Of a stretch of DNA of 64,000 nucleotides, positions 32,898 through 44,714 are shown piece by piece (the first letter of the stretch is position 1; the number at the start of each line of letters is the position of its first letter). Under the pieces are notes generated by a model. It saw nothing but the letters and a program-made list of their open reading frames with translations. It was not told the origin of the DNA and made no database searches. This DNA is from Ranitomeya imitator (lineage: Eukaryota), in NCBI RefSeq assembly GCF_032444005.1, contig NC_091288.1, forward strand, positions 59,954,001-60,018,000, given 5' to 3'. The position numbers and the translations under genes were made by a program.

Positions 32898-34861
32898 TGA
32901 TGTTTTGGAGTGTTTTTTTGTTTGTTTGTTTTTCATGATTCCATAATTTTTTCCTCAGAATTGAGTGATTCCATCATTTTCCCCCTATACTTGGTTAAAA
33001 AAGTAACAAATACTGACTACAACATTGTTTGTTCTTGATTTCTTTTAGTGTTTCTTAAAGCCAGAAAGTTTCCATTTGAAATGACTTTAGTTGTGTGCCA
33101 TGTCTGTGATCTGCTTTTTTTCTACAAAATTAAACAACTGAATGAACATCCTCCAAGGCCGGTGATTCCATCATTTTTGCCAGGTGTTGTACCTGCTCAT
33201 CACTATTTTAACCAACACAATATCTGATGTAGCAGAAAAAAAATATCAAAATGACTGATGTTTCAGTTGACTCCTCAGTTCCCCCAAAGTAAAGAGATCG
33301 ATGTACCCCTAAATTGAACTAATAAAAACTAGACCTCACCCTGCAAAAAAAAAAACAAGCCTTCACACAGCTCTTATCAACTGAAAAATTCAGAAAATGG
33401 CATTACGAGCCAAAACATTTTTTAAAGTTCTATATTATTTTAAAAAGTCATAAAATGAAGATAAAAACCTCTAAATTTGCAGGACACACCTGCAGAATAA
33501 AGTTTCCAAGTCATTTTTAAAGCTCAGTGAATGGCATAATAACATAAAAATAATTCTGCCATTTTTTTTTTTTAATCCTCCAGCAAGGTTACTAAAACCT
33601 CATCAGAAAAAAACGCAAAGCAGGAGTATTTTGAAACAGTTTTTCATGTTCATTTTGGAGCAGATCTGCTTCAAAATCCTTGAAAAATTGAGTAAATTCA
33701 AGCACTGGGATGTGTGCACTCATTTTTTTGTTTTCTCCAGCACGTTTGCTCTGCAACCCGCCTGAAAAAGCTGCAACTCTGGTTAGAGCTACACGGCGAC
33801 ATGTGCTGCGCGACGCAGGAATCGCAGCGACGCGCTGCAGTATCGCATCTACGACTTCCTATGGTGTCGCATTGTGTCCTGCAGCAAAGTCCTTTCCAAA
33901 TGCATTGGATTTGCTGTCGTTGGTCGCAAGTTGCATGCAACAAGTGTGCCGTAGACTTCAATGCAAGTCGCAAGCCCTGTGATTTGTGTGCAACCTGTTT
34001 CATCTACAGCAAGATCAGAGCTAAAAATTGTTGCGTGGTGACGAGTCGCAGATGTTTTTGTCTCATGACTTAGATTTGCTCTCGCTCGACTCGCCCCAGC
34101 CCTAAATGCTGAAAAGAAAGCTCATTCCCATTTCTATGTAAAAATGCTGTGCTGTGCGCATGTAAAGACTTTTCAGGTTCTCAGAAGCACCGATGGGCTA
34201 AAAAGAAGCAATCTGATCATTCTTCAGACGTTTTCTGCACAAAAGTCATCGGGAGAACTCGTAAATGAAGGTCCCATTCATGTTGGGAAAACGCTGAAAA
34301 AAAACCCAAACTCCATCCTTGATCAGAAACATTGCAGAAGCGCTCAGGAAACAGCTAAAAGTGGGCACTTTGGGGGGGAAATAAAAGCGCCAGAGAAAAG
34401 CAGCGTTTTTCTTCCTCTCACGACGCTCGGTGGGTCTGCCAGTCTGAAGAAAAGTGTGCACATAACTTATCTCACAGAGGTTTTGAGGAGGATTTTAACA
34501 CAAATCTGTTCCATAATCCACATAAAAACTACTCAATCCTATTCTTTCCATTCAAGCATTTTGTTTCAAACGAGGTATTTAAAAAAAAAAAAAAAAAAAG
34601 TAATTTCTTCGAGGCGAATTCTTCATGAAATACGCTCCAAACTGGCAAGAGGCTACAAAAGTCAGCATGGGGAAAAAACGCCTCAGAAACCTCTTCATGA
34701 AAGGCTTCGAGGGAAGCAACTCTTGAGCAACTTGGCGCATTTTCCGCTTCTACGAACTCAGTGAGAACTAGGCCTATGGGTACAGTCTAGCGGGAAGTTT
34801 CTGCAGCGGAAAAATCACCCAGTGGTGCTGCGGATCCTGTGCAGATTTTATGGCCATGTTA

Positions 34862-35834
34862 GGGTATGTTCACACGTTCCTGATTTCCATCCTTTTTTTT
34901 TCAGGACTGAAACCGCAGCTCTTTGCAGAAAACGCAGGTCCTTTTTTTGGTGCTATTTTGGTGCATTTTTTGATGCGTTTTTTATGCGTTTTTTTATGCA
35001 GTTTTCTATGCAGAGTCTGTGTGTTTTCTAGGAAGTTTTTTAGGGTTAAAATGGCTGAAAATACCCTAACCCTACCCCTAACCCTACCCCTACCCCTAAC
35101 CCTAACCCTATTCTAACCTTAGTGAAAAAAAAAAAAAAAAATTCTTATTTTTTTTATTGTCCCTACCTATGGGGGTGACAAAGGGGGGGGGGGTGTCATT
35201 TACTATTTTTTTTATTTTGATCACTGAGATAGGTTATATCTCAGTGATCAAAATGCACTTTGGAACGAATCTGCCGGCCGGCGGGCGCACTGCGCATGCG
35301 CCCGCCATTTTGCAAGATGGCGGCGCCCAGGGAGAAGACGGCCGGACGGACACCGGGAGGCCGGGTAAGTATAAGGGGGGGGAGATTAGGGCACGGGGGG
35401 GGGGGGGGCATCGGAGCACGGGGGGGGGGGGCATCGGAGCACGGGGGGGGCATCGGAGCATGGGGGGGTGGGATGGGGCAGCCACACTCCGCCCACGCAC
35501 TTCCGCCCGCTTCCCCGCACTTCCTGCTGCAGCGGTTCGGCACCACAAACCGCAATAAAACCCGCAGATATATTTTTGATCTGCGGGTTTTACTGCGGGT
35601 TTGACCTCACAATGGAGGTCTATGGGTGCAGAACCGCTGCGGCTCCGAAAAAAGAAGTGACATGGTACTTCTTTTTTACCGCGGCTATTCAGCGCAGCTT
35701 TTTTTCCCGATTCCCGCATCATGTGCACAGTGGTTCCTGTTTTCCATAGGGTACAGTGTACTGTACCCTGCATGGAAAACAGCTGCGGAACAGCTGCGGT
35801 TCCGCAGAAAAAAACGCACTGTGTGAACATGGCC
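34862..35834 (+). mobile_element. Harbinger-like MITE with telomere-like repeats (copy 2, complete)
   Basis: TTA|GGGTATGTTCACAC ... GTGTGAACATGGCC|TTA. Contains CCCTAA repeats and an expanded G-run motif (GGGGGGCATCGGAGCAC x3). Confidence 0.85.
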
Positions 35835-35906
35835 TTACAATTCAAATGAGTGCAGGGGAAAATATTGGAGTGCAGGAAGACATTTAGAAATACGCTGCCG
35901 TGTTTT

Positions 35907-35921
35907 GCCACCAGGTGGCGC
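35907..35921 (+). promoter_or_regulatory. Candidate CTCF site
   Basis: GCCACCAGGTGGCGC is a perfect match to the CTCF core. Confidence 0.6.
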
Positions 35922-36130
35922 AAGCACCGGCACTAAGTCACATACTGACGTTACGGTTGGCTGTAAATTAGTTTCGGTTCCCGCTGTTTACACCGGAGAC
36001 AGCAATGACCGCCCAGTAGAGATAAGTCTTTTATAGTGAGCTGGTAACTGCTTTCTTAATATATTTTATTTCATACGTTCCCAGTCAGCTGCTCTTGAGA
36101 GCTATGGAGCTCTGGGTTTCGTAGTTTTCT

Positions 36131-36280
36131 ATTGGTTATAGATCAGCGCTGCTTACAGCTGAAAAACTACAACTCCCATAATTCCCAGTACATGGTTGTG
36201 ACGTAGGTCTTGATCACGTCAGTTAGCCAATGAGACGCAGCAGTATAAAAGTGCGGGGCGGAGCGAGTTCGTCACTCTAT
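36131..36280 (+). promoter_or_regulatory. TATA-box Pol II promoter of an unidentified transcript
   Basis: ATTGG 36131; ACTACAACTCCCA (ZNF143/SBS-like) 36166; TGACGT 36199; TCACGTCA 36214; CCAAT 36227; TATAAAA 36244; GGGGCGGAG 36255; Inr-like TCACTCT with A at 36274 (30 nt after TATA). Confidence 0.65.
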
Positions 36281-37031
36281 CCATTGCTGCGGGCGGGTGA
36301 TGTGAGCAGTCAGTCAGTCAGTGTGAGCCGCCGGGTGAATGAGCCATGTGGAGCTGCGGGGATACAAAGCTCTGTGGCCGCCTCCTACATTGCAGACACG
36401 CTCACGTTTCCTCCCCGCTGTCTGGGAGGAAACATGGGAGTTTATTTCCTACATTCTGTGATTCATGTCTGTAGCACTGGAGGGAGAACGTTATTCAGGG
36501 CGAGAACTGATATTCAGTGGCGAGACACTTCACCACTTAGTAGTATAACCCCCAGGGCTGAGGGGGCACCCACCAATCACCCCACATTATAGCCGTACAG
36601 CTCGAATAAATGTCGGTGACGTTAAAGGGGTTGTCTGGTGGTATATAACATTGTGAAAACCATTAACTTTCCAATGTATTTACTATTCCCCGCCTTTCTC
36701 GATAACCGGTAGTGTTAATTCTATAGTTTATTGCTTGTTTCCTAGGCAGCCGGCCACCTTGGCAGTCTTATCAGCGGTGGCCAATTTCCTTGGCAAGGAG
36801 CGCAGCACTTACAAGCTCTTTGCTTTATAGCGCTCTGGATCGTACCCGCTATAATCCCCCGATGCGCTTCGGGAAGCTAGGAGATGAACATACTCGTTAA
36901 AAGCTTTCTAATAAAGTCGTTGGCCAATATTTTTTTTTAAAAATGGCTCCCTCCTATCAAAATCATAGCATGACCCCTGTGTGCAGGTCGTGTGTGGTAT
37001 TGCAGCTCTGCAATGACGCTGAACAGTGCAA

Positions 37032-37416
37032 GGCTACTTTCACACTTCTGTCGGTACGGGCCCGTCACAATGCATCGGACGTTGTGAAATAACTGCAAGA
37101 CGTGGGCAGCGGATGCAGTTTTACAACGCATCCGCTGCCCATTCTGCAGTCCGGGGAGGAGGGGGCGGAGTTTCAGCCGCGCATGCGCGGTCGAAAATGG
37201 CGGACGCATCGCACAAAAAAAAGTTACATTGATCTTTTTTTGTGCGTCGCATCTGCCAAAACACGATGGATCCATCGCACGACGGATGCGACGTGTGCCC
37301 ATCCATCGCGATCCGTCGCTAATACAAGCATTCTGTGAGCACATTTGCAGGATCCGTTTTTTGCCCATAAAGACGGATTGCGACGGAGGACAAAAGACGG
37401 ACGTGTGAAAGTAGCC
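37032..37416. mobile_element. Palindromic Harbinger-like MITE
   Basis: GGCTACTTTCACAC ... GTGTGAAAGTAGCC|TAA. Confidence 0.85.
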
Positions 37417-37813
37417 TAACAGTCACAAAGGGGCTGCTGCATGACACTCCGCAGGTATACTGTGTGGACATTAGTATTAGGACAGCTCCTTTTCACTAAA
37501 TTCACATTTCTTCCTCCGCCCCATAGCTCCCAGTGAATAGCATCCGGCCCCCACCATGCTGTCTGCCTTTACTAACGTGAGATCGGCTCGTTGTAAAGTG
37601 CTCACTGATACCAGCGCGGTCCTTTAATAGAAGCCACCGGTGTAACAAGTCCTTCCATGACAGTTCATCCCTCTTATTTATTCCACTATGACTATGATTA
37701 TTAAAGAGTGGAAGCGTTCAGGAACCACAGCAAATCAGTCATGAAGTGGAGACCATGTGAAGTTACAGAGCGGGGTCACCAAGCTGAAGAGCAAAGGGCA
37801 GAAAAGTCACCAA

Positions 37814-37970
37814 TAGGGTTGAGCGACTTTTACTTTTTTAGGGTCGAGTCGGGTTTTGCGAAACCCGACTATCTCAAAAGTCGAGTCGAGTGAAATCGGC
37901 CGATTATGGCGAAAAGTCGGGGATCGACCGAAACACGAAACCCAATGCAAAGTCAATGGGAAATCTATTT
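37814..37970 (+). mobile_element. Left end of a hAT-like MITE (truncated)
   Basis: TAGGGTTGAGCGA terminus followed by CpG-rich TCGAG/TCGGG subterminal repeats. Confidence 0.55.
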
Positions 37971-37999
37971 TTTTTTCCTCTCTCTCTCTCTGTATATGC

Positions 38000-38720
38000 A
38001 AGCCTTACACCACCAAGCACAATGCCAAGTGCTGAATGGAGTGGTGTGAAGCTGCCACCAATGGACTCTGGAACAGTGGAAATAATGGAGTCTGTGGAGT
38101 GATGCCTCTCTAATTGGCACCTGATGGACGAGTCTGGGTTTGGTGACTACCAGGAGAATGTCACCTGCCTGACTGCATTGTGCCCACTGTAAAGTTTTGT
38201 GGAGGAGCAATAATCCTACGGGCTGGTTTTTCAGGGGTCAGTATAGACTCCTTAGTTCCACTGAAATAAAATCTTAAAGTTTCACTATACAGGACATTTT
38301 GAACAGCTGTAGCTTCCAAATTTTTGGGAATAGATTGAGTACGGCCATCCCTATTCCAGCATGACTGCACCCCAGTGCACAAAACAAGGTCCATAAACAT
38401 GGTTGTGGTGGAAGACCATGACTGGCCACACAGAGACCTGTGGCGTTACTTGAATGCAAAAGCACCAACGGTGCCCCAAATTATTGCAAGTATTTTATAG
38501 CATTGGTCATATTATATAGGCAAGAGGGAGTTTTGGGGCCCCCTAGGCTCCAGAGCCCGAGTGCGATTGCAACCCCTGCACCTGTTGTAGCTACACTCCT
38601 GGCCTGACCTCAATGCATCCAACACCATAGGAATGAACTAGAACAGATATTTTGCCCAGGCTCTGACCTCACTAGTGCTCTTCTGGATGAATGGGCAAAA
38701 TTTGGGAATGGGACTTAAGT
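38000..38720 (+). pseudogene. Highly degraded Tc1 transposase fragment (third family)
   Basis: Remnants resembling WTLEQW..WSD, DCIVPTVKF.GG, FQHDC.PVHK.RSI and DLTSALLDEW, with many stops and frameshifts. Interrupted at about 38440-38600. Confidence 0.7.
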
Positions 38721-40851
38721 GAAAACATATTTCCAATTTTATCATGGGGAACGATGTGTCTGCATTTCCTTTCATTTGTTTTTTTTTTTTTTGCAATTTA
38801 CAGCAGATAATATCCCAATTACCACTAAAAAGCAAGAAACATGTTTGAGGCATGAACAGATCTGATATGGAAAGCCCCGCATATTCACAACATATTTAAA
38901 GATATAGATTTGAAAATCTGTGGATGCCCCAATTTTTCTCAGATTTTTTTCATGTGTATTGTACAGTAATCTGGATTTGGTGTTAAGAAATGTAGAGATG
39001 TAATACTCACCAGCTGTGCCCGCCTGTTCAGAATCCAGTGGGTGGCCACATACTGGTGTGTGAAAATACCAGACTCCATTTGCTAAGGTCCTGTTTACCA
39101 GTGGAAGAATAAAATAATAACCCTAGGCTTCCAGGAAGGCCAGCATATTAAAAGCTTTCCACTCACTGTCCACGGCTGCAGGCTATTCTATGGCAGGCAA
39201 ATCACAGTAAGGCCAAGTTCACACAACCATATTTTCAGATTGAGTTATGTCTGGAAAAAATTGTCATCACTTGGTCAAATGTTATTCACTCGCGCTGTTC
39301 AGATTAGTGTTTTTTTTAAAGACAATGTAAATGTATCTGTGTGTCAGATGAGACTCGCCCAATCAAGTCTATATGTGCCCAAAAACAATCAGATATCACA
39401 CAAATCAAATATATAGCTTCTGTTTTTTACAGATAAATAACCGCTGATGTATAAAAACGGATTGAATACGGAGATGAAAAACGACCATTTTTTCAAGATG
39501 AATCTCAGACTATTTTTTTATACGCTCTTGTGAACTTAGTCTAAGGAACTTAGTTGGAGGTGGATCCCATGTTCTTGGCAAGGTAACTGGTCCAATCATG
39601 AACCGGATGATGCCCCCTTGACACCCTGCTGCAGGTACTAGCTGCTGTCTGTGTTTCCACCTGTTGATATGTGTCTGTGCTGCCAGTCAGACCAGTTTGT
39701 CATTAGTTGCTGCCCCAGTATCTCTTCCTTGGCTTGGCATTAGTGGCAGGTCCTGTTCCTTATTGGAGTCTGGAGGCATTTTTCCTTCATTTGGTGAGGA
39801 TACCCTACTGTCTGAACATCACTGATCTTGAAGATCAGCCTCTACCTACTAGTCTGCCTGTTATACCCTTAGGCTGGTTCCAGATGTAGCGGAATAGCTG
39901 TGGATTTGCACTACAGATTCGGCACTGTAAATCCATAGCAATTTACATTACAGTACATGCAAATGTGTTTTGTTAAACACCATGCGCTCGCAACAGAAGA
40001 AAATCTAAGTGAAAATATGTGCATGTTGAAGATTTTCAAGTCTGCAGCATGGTTATTATGTTGCAGAAAAGCTGTTTTCAGTCCATAAGGTGTAGTCCGT
40101 GGATAAGTGCAATCAGCAATTTTTGGAATGAACTCCCTTTATGATGGAGCCATGAGACCTGTGCTGGAATTCTTTTCAAAAGTAATCTGTGAACGTTTCA
40201 TTATGTCTATAAGCAAGAATAGTGCTGCAGAACCTCTAAACAAAAGTGTGAACAGGGCTTTAGGCCAGTTTCACATGATGGAAGTGATAGGGGGTCTGTT
40301 TCTAATCCTCAAATGACTGAAACTCACAGCAGCACAGGGACTTCTGGTGCTATTAGTTCAGATCACGGTCTTACAATCAGGCCAGGACCTGCCCTGCCGG
40401 ACACAATAATACGGCTGCTTTATGTCCTTCTGAATGAGGCCTCATGCTAATTTCTAATCACAAGAATTAACAACATGTTTGTAGACTAATTGAAATTCAT
40501 GTCGACATCCATTGTCATGTCTACCACCAGGATCTTACTAACGACTTTTCCCCGCTGATGTGTTTCTATAAGGGCTTGTTCATAAGCCCGATTTTCTCAT
40601 ACGAGCGCTATCCATGATTTTCACAGATAATACTCGTGCCTATGATATTCTGTGCGGCTGTGCACATGTCCAAGTTTTCCCTTGGACCGAGTAATTTGCG
40701 GTAAATATTGAAGGCATGTCCAATTCTGATCTGAGCGTCTATGGTTCCATGAAAAAAAATTAGTCCTCTCTCTGATGTTATCCAAGTGTTGTCCAGTTTT
40801 GACAAACTGTGAGAAAGGAGAAGGTGGAGAATTATTTTTGTTTGTCTCTAC

Positions 40852-41034
40852 TAGTGATGAGCGAACAAGCCTAACAGGCAACAGGCAATCCCCGCATGCG
40901 TTATGGCTGTCAAACAGCTGCAAATCATGCAGCCTCGGGCACTCGAACATATTATTCGAGCACACCCAAGATACTCGGATGTTACCCGAGTATGCCCAGA
41001 TAACACGTTATCTGAGCACGTTCGCTCATCGCTA
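40852..41034. mobile_element. Short hAT-like MITE
   Basis: TAGTGATGAGCGAAC ... GTTCGCTCATCGCTA, with GTCTC on both flanks. Confidence 0.75.
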
Positions 41035-41144
41035 GTCTCACCATATGAGAAATACTGATGACACTCCGACCACAGTCTGACCAAAGTCTGATCAGAATAA
41101 CTGGTCTTGCACATGGAATATGATGATGTCTGAATGAACCTTAC

Positions 41145-41563
41145 AGGAGTTGTCCACTACTTGGACAACTTCTTCTCATACCCCTATACTCGCCTCCCGT
41201 GCTGGTGCTGTTCCCACAGTGTCGGCATTCACTCTCCGCAAGGCTCCCATGCTGTTGTTGTGATACGTGACAATCAGCAAAGGCATCACTGTCCCCACCT
41301 CCTGTCGAATTGAAAATGAAGATGAAGTTAGAGATCAACTGCAGCCTGGACTTCCTCTTCTTGTTCGATTTGTCCGAAGGCGGGGAGAATGACGCCAGCG
41401 CTGATTGAGCGCCGGGGTTACATGTCCCAACAACTGCACAATAGCCTCAGGACCGCGAGTGCTCACACTGCTGGAACGGCGTTGGCACAGGAGGTGAGTA
41501 TAGTCCTTTATCGGGGCCTAACATTTAGATCAAGAAGGGTTGTCCTAGTAGTTGACAACCCCT
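41145..41563. mobile_element. Kolobok/T2-type MITE
   Basis: TTAC|AGGAGTTGTC ... GACAACCCCT|TTAC (4-bp duplication). Confidence 0.75.
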
Positions 41564-42326
41564 TTACGGGAAAGAATGTCAAGAAATAACATTGACATTT
41601 GCTTTAACTCTAATCTTTGTGTGAATATGATTTGAAGGTTAAAGTTGCAGAGAATGGTTGTGAAAGTCTAGTTGCCATTTCTAATGAACTCTACCTGATC
41701 AGGTTTACAGGTGATTTTCCTGCTATAGAATATCCAGCCCTTGGGCTGCTATACGCAGACTGTCAGCATGATGAGCTAAGGCTTACTCACTGCTTGTGGT
41801 AATTTCCCTGTTTCGGAAAACATCTGCATGCTATAACTAGCTTTTCTAGATAGTATTATCTAAATTGATAATATCTCAGTTCAGTGAAATCCCCATAGTT
41901 TGGTTTCTATTATTCTGGCTCTTGCTTTTATGGACCTAGAATACAATGTAGGGTTTATGGCTGAGTTCACACATCGTATTAATATCATGCTGCTAAATCA
42001 GCATTTAGTCTCCATTTAATCTGCATCAATACATGTAAATTTAGCTGATGTTTCACCCATGGCTATGGATAAAATCAGTAATAAATGTCCACAGCGTCTT
42101 CACAATAGAATGGGTGTCGCACGTCGATATTTTGAAAATCTGCCCCAAATCTACAATCAGCTCTCTTCTCATAGAAACTGTTTCCCAAAGGTTGTATTTG
42201 AAGATCAGCAATTTAGTTTGCGCTGCCATGGTCCGGTATCCAGTCCTTCGCGGTAGCGGGTCTCTACTTCTGTGCCTTCATACTGGGTGCTAATAGGTAC
42301 AGCGATGTCCTCATGTTGAGACTTAA

Positions 42327-43033
42327 AAGGGTTTTCCCACTAACAAAGTTCATATTAATTACGGTAATACATCTTAGAATAATAATAACTTCCACAATTG
42401 GATATGTTAAAAAATAAAATGTTCCTGTGCTGAGATAATCTTATAAATGTGCCCCTGCTGTGTACTGTGTAATGGCCATATCTGACCGTGCAGGAACATG
42501 GTCTGATCATACCACAGCTCCTGGGCAGGGGAGGATGCAAAAAAGTATACTGACAGGACAGCAAGAGATTGCAGATGATGCCTGTGCAGAGGCATCTATT
42601 GGCGATCCGATACATGCTACTGCGCAGGCGCCATTTTCAGACTGATTTTTTTTTCTTTTTAATTTATTCATCCTATCAAAAACAATAATTAAATACACAT
42701 TATAGATGCGATCATGCTGCAGCGCCGGTGCCTGCCTGCAGAAGGTGATTTTTTTTTTCCTTTTTTTTTTTAAATATATATAATTCATTATGTAAACTAG
42801 GGGGCAGGTCACTGACTGACTGTCAGAAGCCCATACTGATGAATACTTAATCAGAGCACCACATAAAGACCCCCCACAGGCCGCCCCGGAGCACGAGCAT
42901 ATCATTAACTCAAAACTACAAATAAACATTAAACAACCACAAGACGGATTTCATCAACCAAGGTATCATTGTAATGGCGCCAACCTGACACTGTGTGTAG
43001 CTTACTTTGTACAATCCTGCTGTCAGGTTCACT
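42327..43033. mobile_element. Kolobok/T2-type MITE sequence (possibly chimeric)
   Basis: TTAA at both ends. 42410-42545 is nearly identical to 6230-6355. The two termini do not match each other well. Confidence 0.5.
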
Positions 43034-43100
43034 TTAAGTTCACCCGAAAAGGTTAGAGTGCATTTTAGGATAATCCTGAAACTTCACCCGATAGTGAAAT

Positions 43101-44177
43101 ATATAAGCCGAGATTTTCAACTCATTTTTTGGGGCTGAAAGTCCCCCTCTCGGCTTATACTCGAGTCATACCCAGATGTCGGCAGGGGAGGGGGAGCGAG
43201 GGCTAATTATACTCACCTGCTCCTGGTGCAGTCCCTGCTTCCCAGCGCCCCAGCTTCTTCCTGTACTGAGCGGTCACATGGTACCGCTCATTACAGTAAT
43301 GAATATGCGGCTCCACCTCCCATAGGGGTGGAGCCGCATATTCATTACTGTAATGAGCGGTAACGGTGACCGCTCAGTACAGGAAGACGTGCGGCGCCGG
43401 GAAGCAGGGACCGCGCCTGGAGCAGATGAGTATAACGGGCAGGGGAGCGCAGCGCGATATTCACCTGCTCCTCGTTCCGGGTGCCACTGCGCCTTCTGCA
43501 GTGACACTCAGGTCAGAGGGCGTGGTGACGTGGTTAGTGCGCGCCCTCTGCCTGAACGTCAGTGCAGGAGATGCTGAAGATGGAGCAGCACCGGAACGAA
43601 GTCAGGTGAATATTGAAAGTGCCGGGGGCCTGAGCGACGGAGAGGTGAGTATGTGATTTTTTTTTTTAATGCAACAACAGCAAATGGGGCAAGTGTCTAT
43701 ATGGAGCATATTATGCGGCCATAGCGTTTGTGCAGCACTATATGGGGCCAGTGTCTGTATGGGGCCATACTGTTTGTGCAGCACTATATGGGGCAAATAT
43801 CTTTATGGGGCATCTTATGGGGCCATAATCAACATTTGTGCAGCATTATATTGGGCAAATGTGTCTATGGAGCATCTTATGGGGCCATTATTAACCTTTA
43901 TGCAGGATTATATGGGGCATATTTTAATATGGAGCATCATATGGGGCCATCATAATCTTTATGGAGCATTATATGGGGCTCCTGATTCAATATGGATATT
44001 CAAAAACACTTAACCTACTGATGTCTCAATTAATTTTACTTTTATTGGTATCTATTTTTACTTTTGACATTTACCGGTAGCTGCTGCATTTCCAACCCTA
44101 AGTTTTCCCAGTTTTTTGTGGCAAAAATTAGGGGGGTCGGCTTATACTCGGGTCGGTTTATACTCGAGTATATACGG
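43101..44177 (-). mobile_element. Tc2/pogo-like MITE copy 2 (opposite orientation, one TIR truncated)
   Basis: Ends CTTATACTCGAGTATATACGG|TA. Both ends are the reverse complement of the 10257-11133 copy. Internal TATGGGGC-rich tandem repeats at about 43690-43990. Confidence 0.8.
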
Positions 44178-44216
44178 TATGTTGTCCTTGGTGGGATTTG
44201 AACACAGGACACCAGT

Positions 44217-44349
44217 NNNNNNNNNNNNNNNNNNNNNNNNNNNNNNNNNNNNNNNNNNNNNNNNNNNNNNNNNNNNNNNNNNNNNNNNNNNNNNNNNNNN
44301 NNNNNNNNNNNNNNNNNNNNNNNNNNNNNNNNNNNNNNNNNNNNNNNNN
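44217..44349. other. Assembly gap (133 N)
   Basis: Run of N. Confidence 1.
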
Positions 44350-44714
44350 GTCTTCAGTTTGAATTTCGCCAGAGGCCACAGTTTGTCTAAAACCTGGTCA
44401 GATGGATCATTTTAACTACACTGCTCAAAAAATAAAGGGAACACTTAAACAACAGAATATAACTCCAAGTAAATCAAAATTCTGTGAAATCAAACTGTCC
44501 ACTTAGGAAGCAACACTGTTTGACAATCAATTTCACATGCTGCTATGCAAATGGAATAGACAACAGATGGAAATTATTGGCAATTATCAAGACACACTCA
44601 ATAAAGGAGTGGTTCTGCAGATGGGAACCACAGACCACATCTCAGTACCAATGCTTTGTGACTGATATTTTGGTCACTTTTGAATGTTGGTCGTGCTTTC
44701 ACTCTCGCGGTAGC

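Larger units (their letters stand above)
31388..33189 (+). mobile_element. Tc1-family transposon, full length with long TIRs
   Basis: TA|CAACCCCTGGCAAAAA ... TTTTTGCCAGGTGTTG|TA; TIRs of about 230 bp. Confidence 0.93.
31093..33205. mobile_element. hAT-like MITE (about 300 bp net) split by a Tc1 insertion
   Basis: TA(T)TGATGAGCG ... GCTCATCACTA termini, with TTTTAAC on both flanks. Same family as 61285-61572. Confidence 0.75.

Noticed and set aside
33575-33610. Minus-strand CTGATGA-GGTT..AACC hairpin as a hammerhead
   Set aside because: No GAAA after the hairpin and no helix I/III partners.
34144-35923. 206-aa, 133-aa and 229-aa ORFs
   Set aside because: They run through MITEs and poly-A/poly-G tracts with no protein motifs.
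41711-41799. AG/GT-bounded segment as a coding exon
   Set aside because: The splice signals are plausible but the translation (GDFPAIEYPALGLL...) matches nothing I recognise. It may be a non-coding exon; unsupported.
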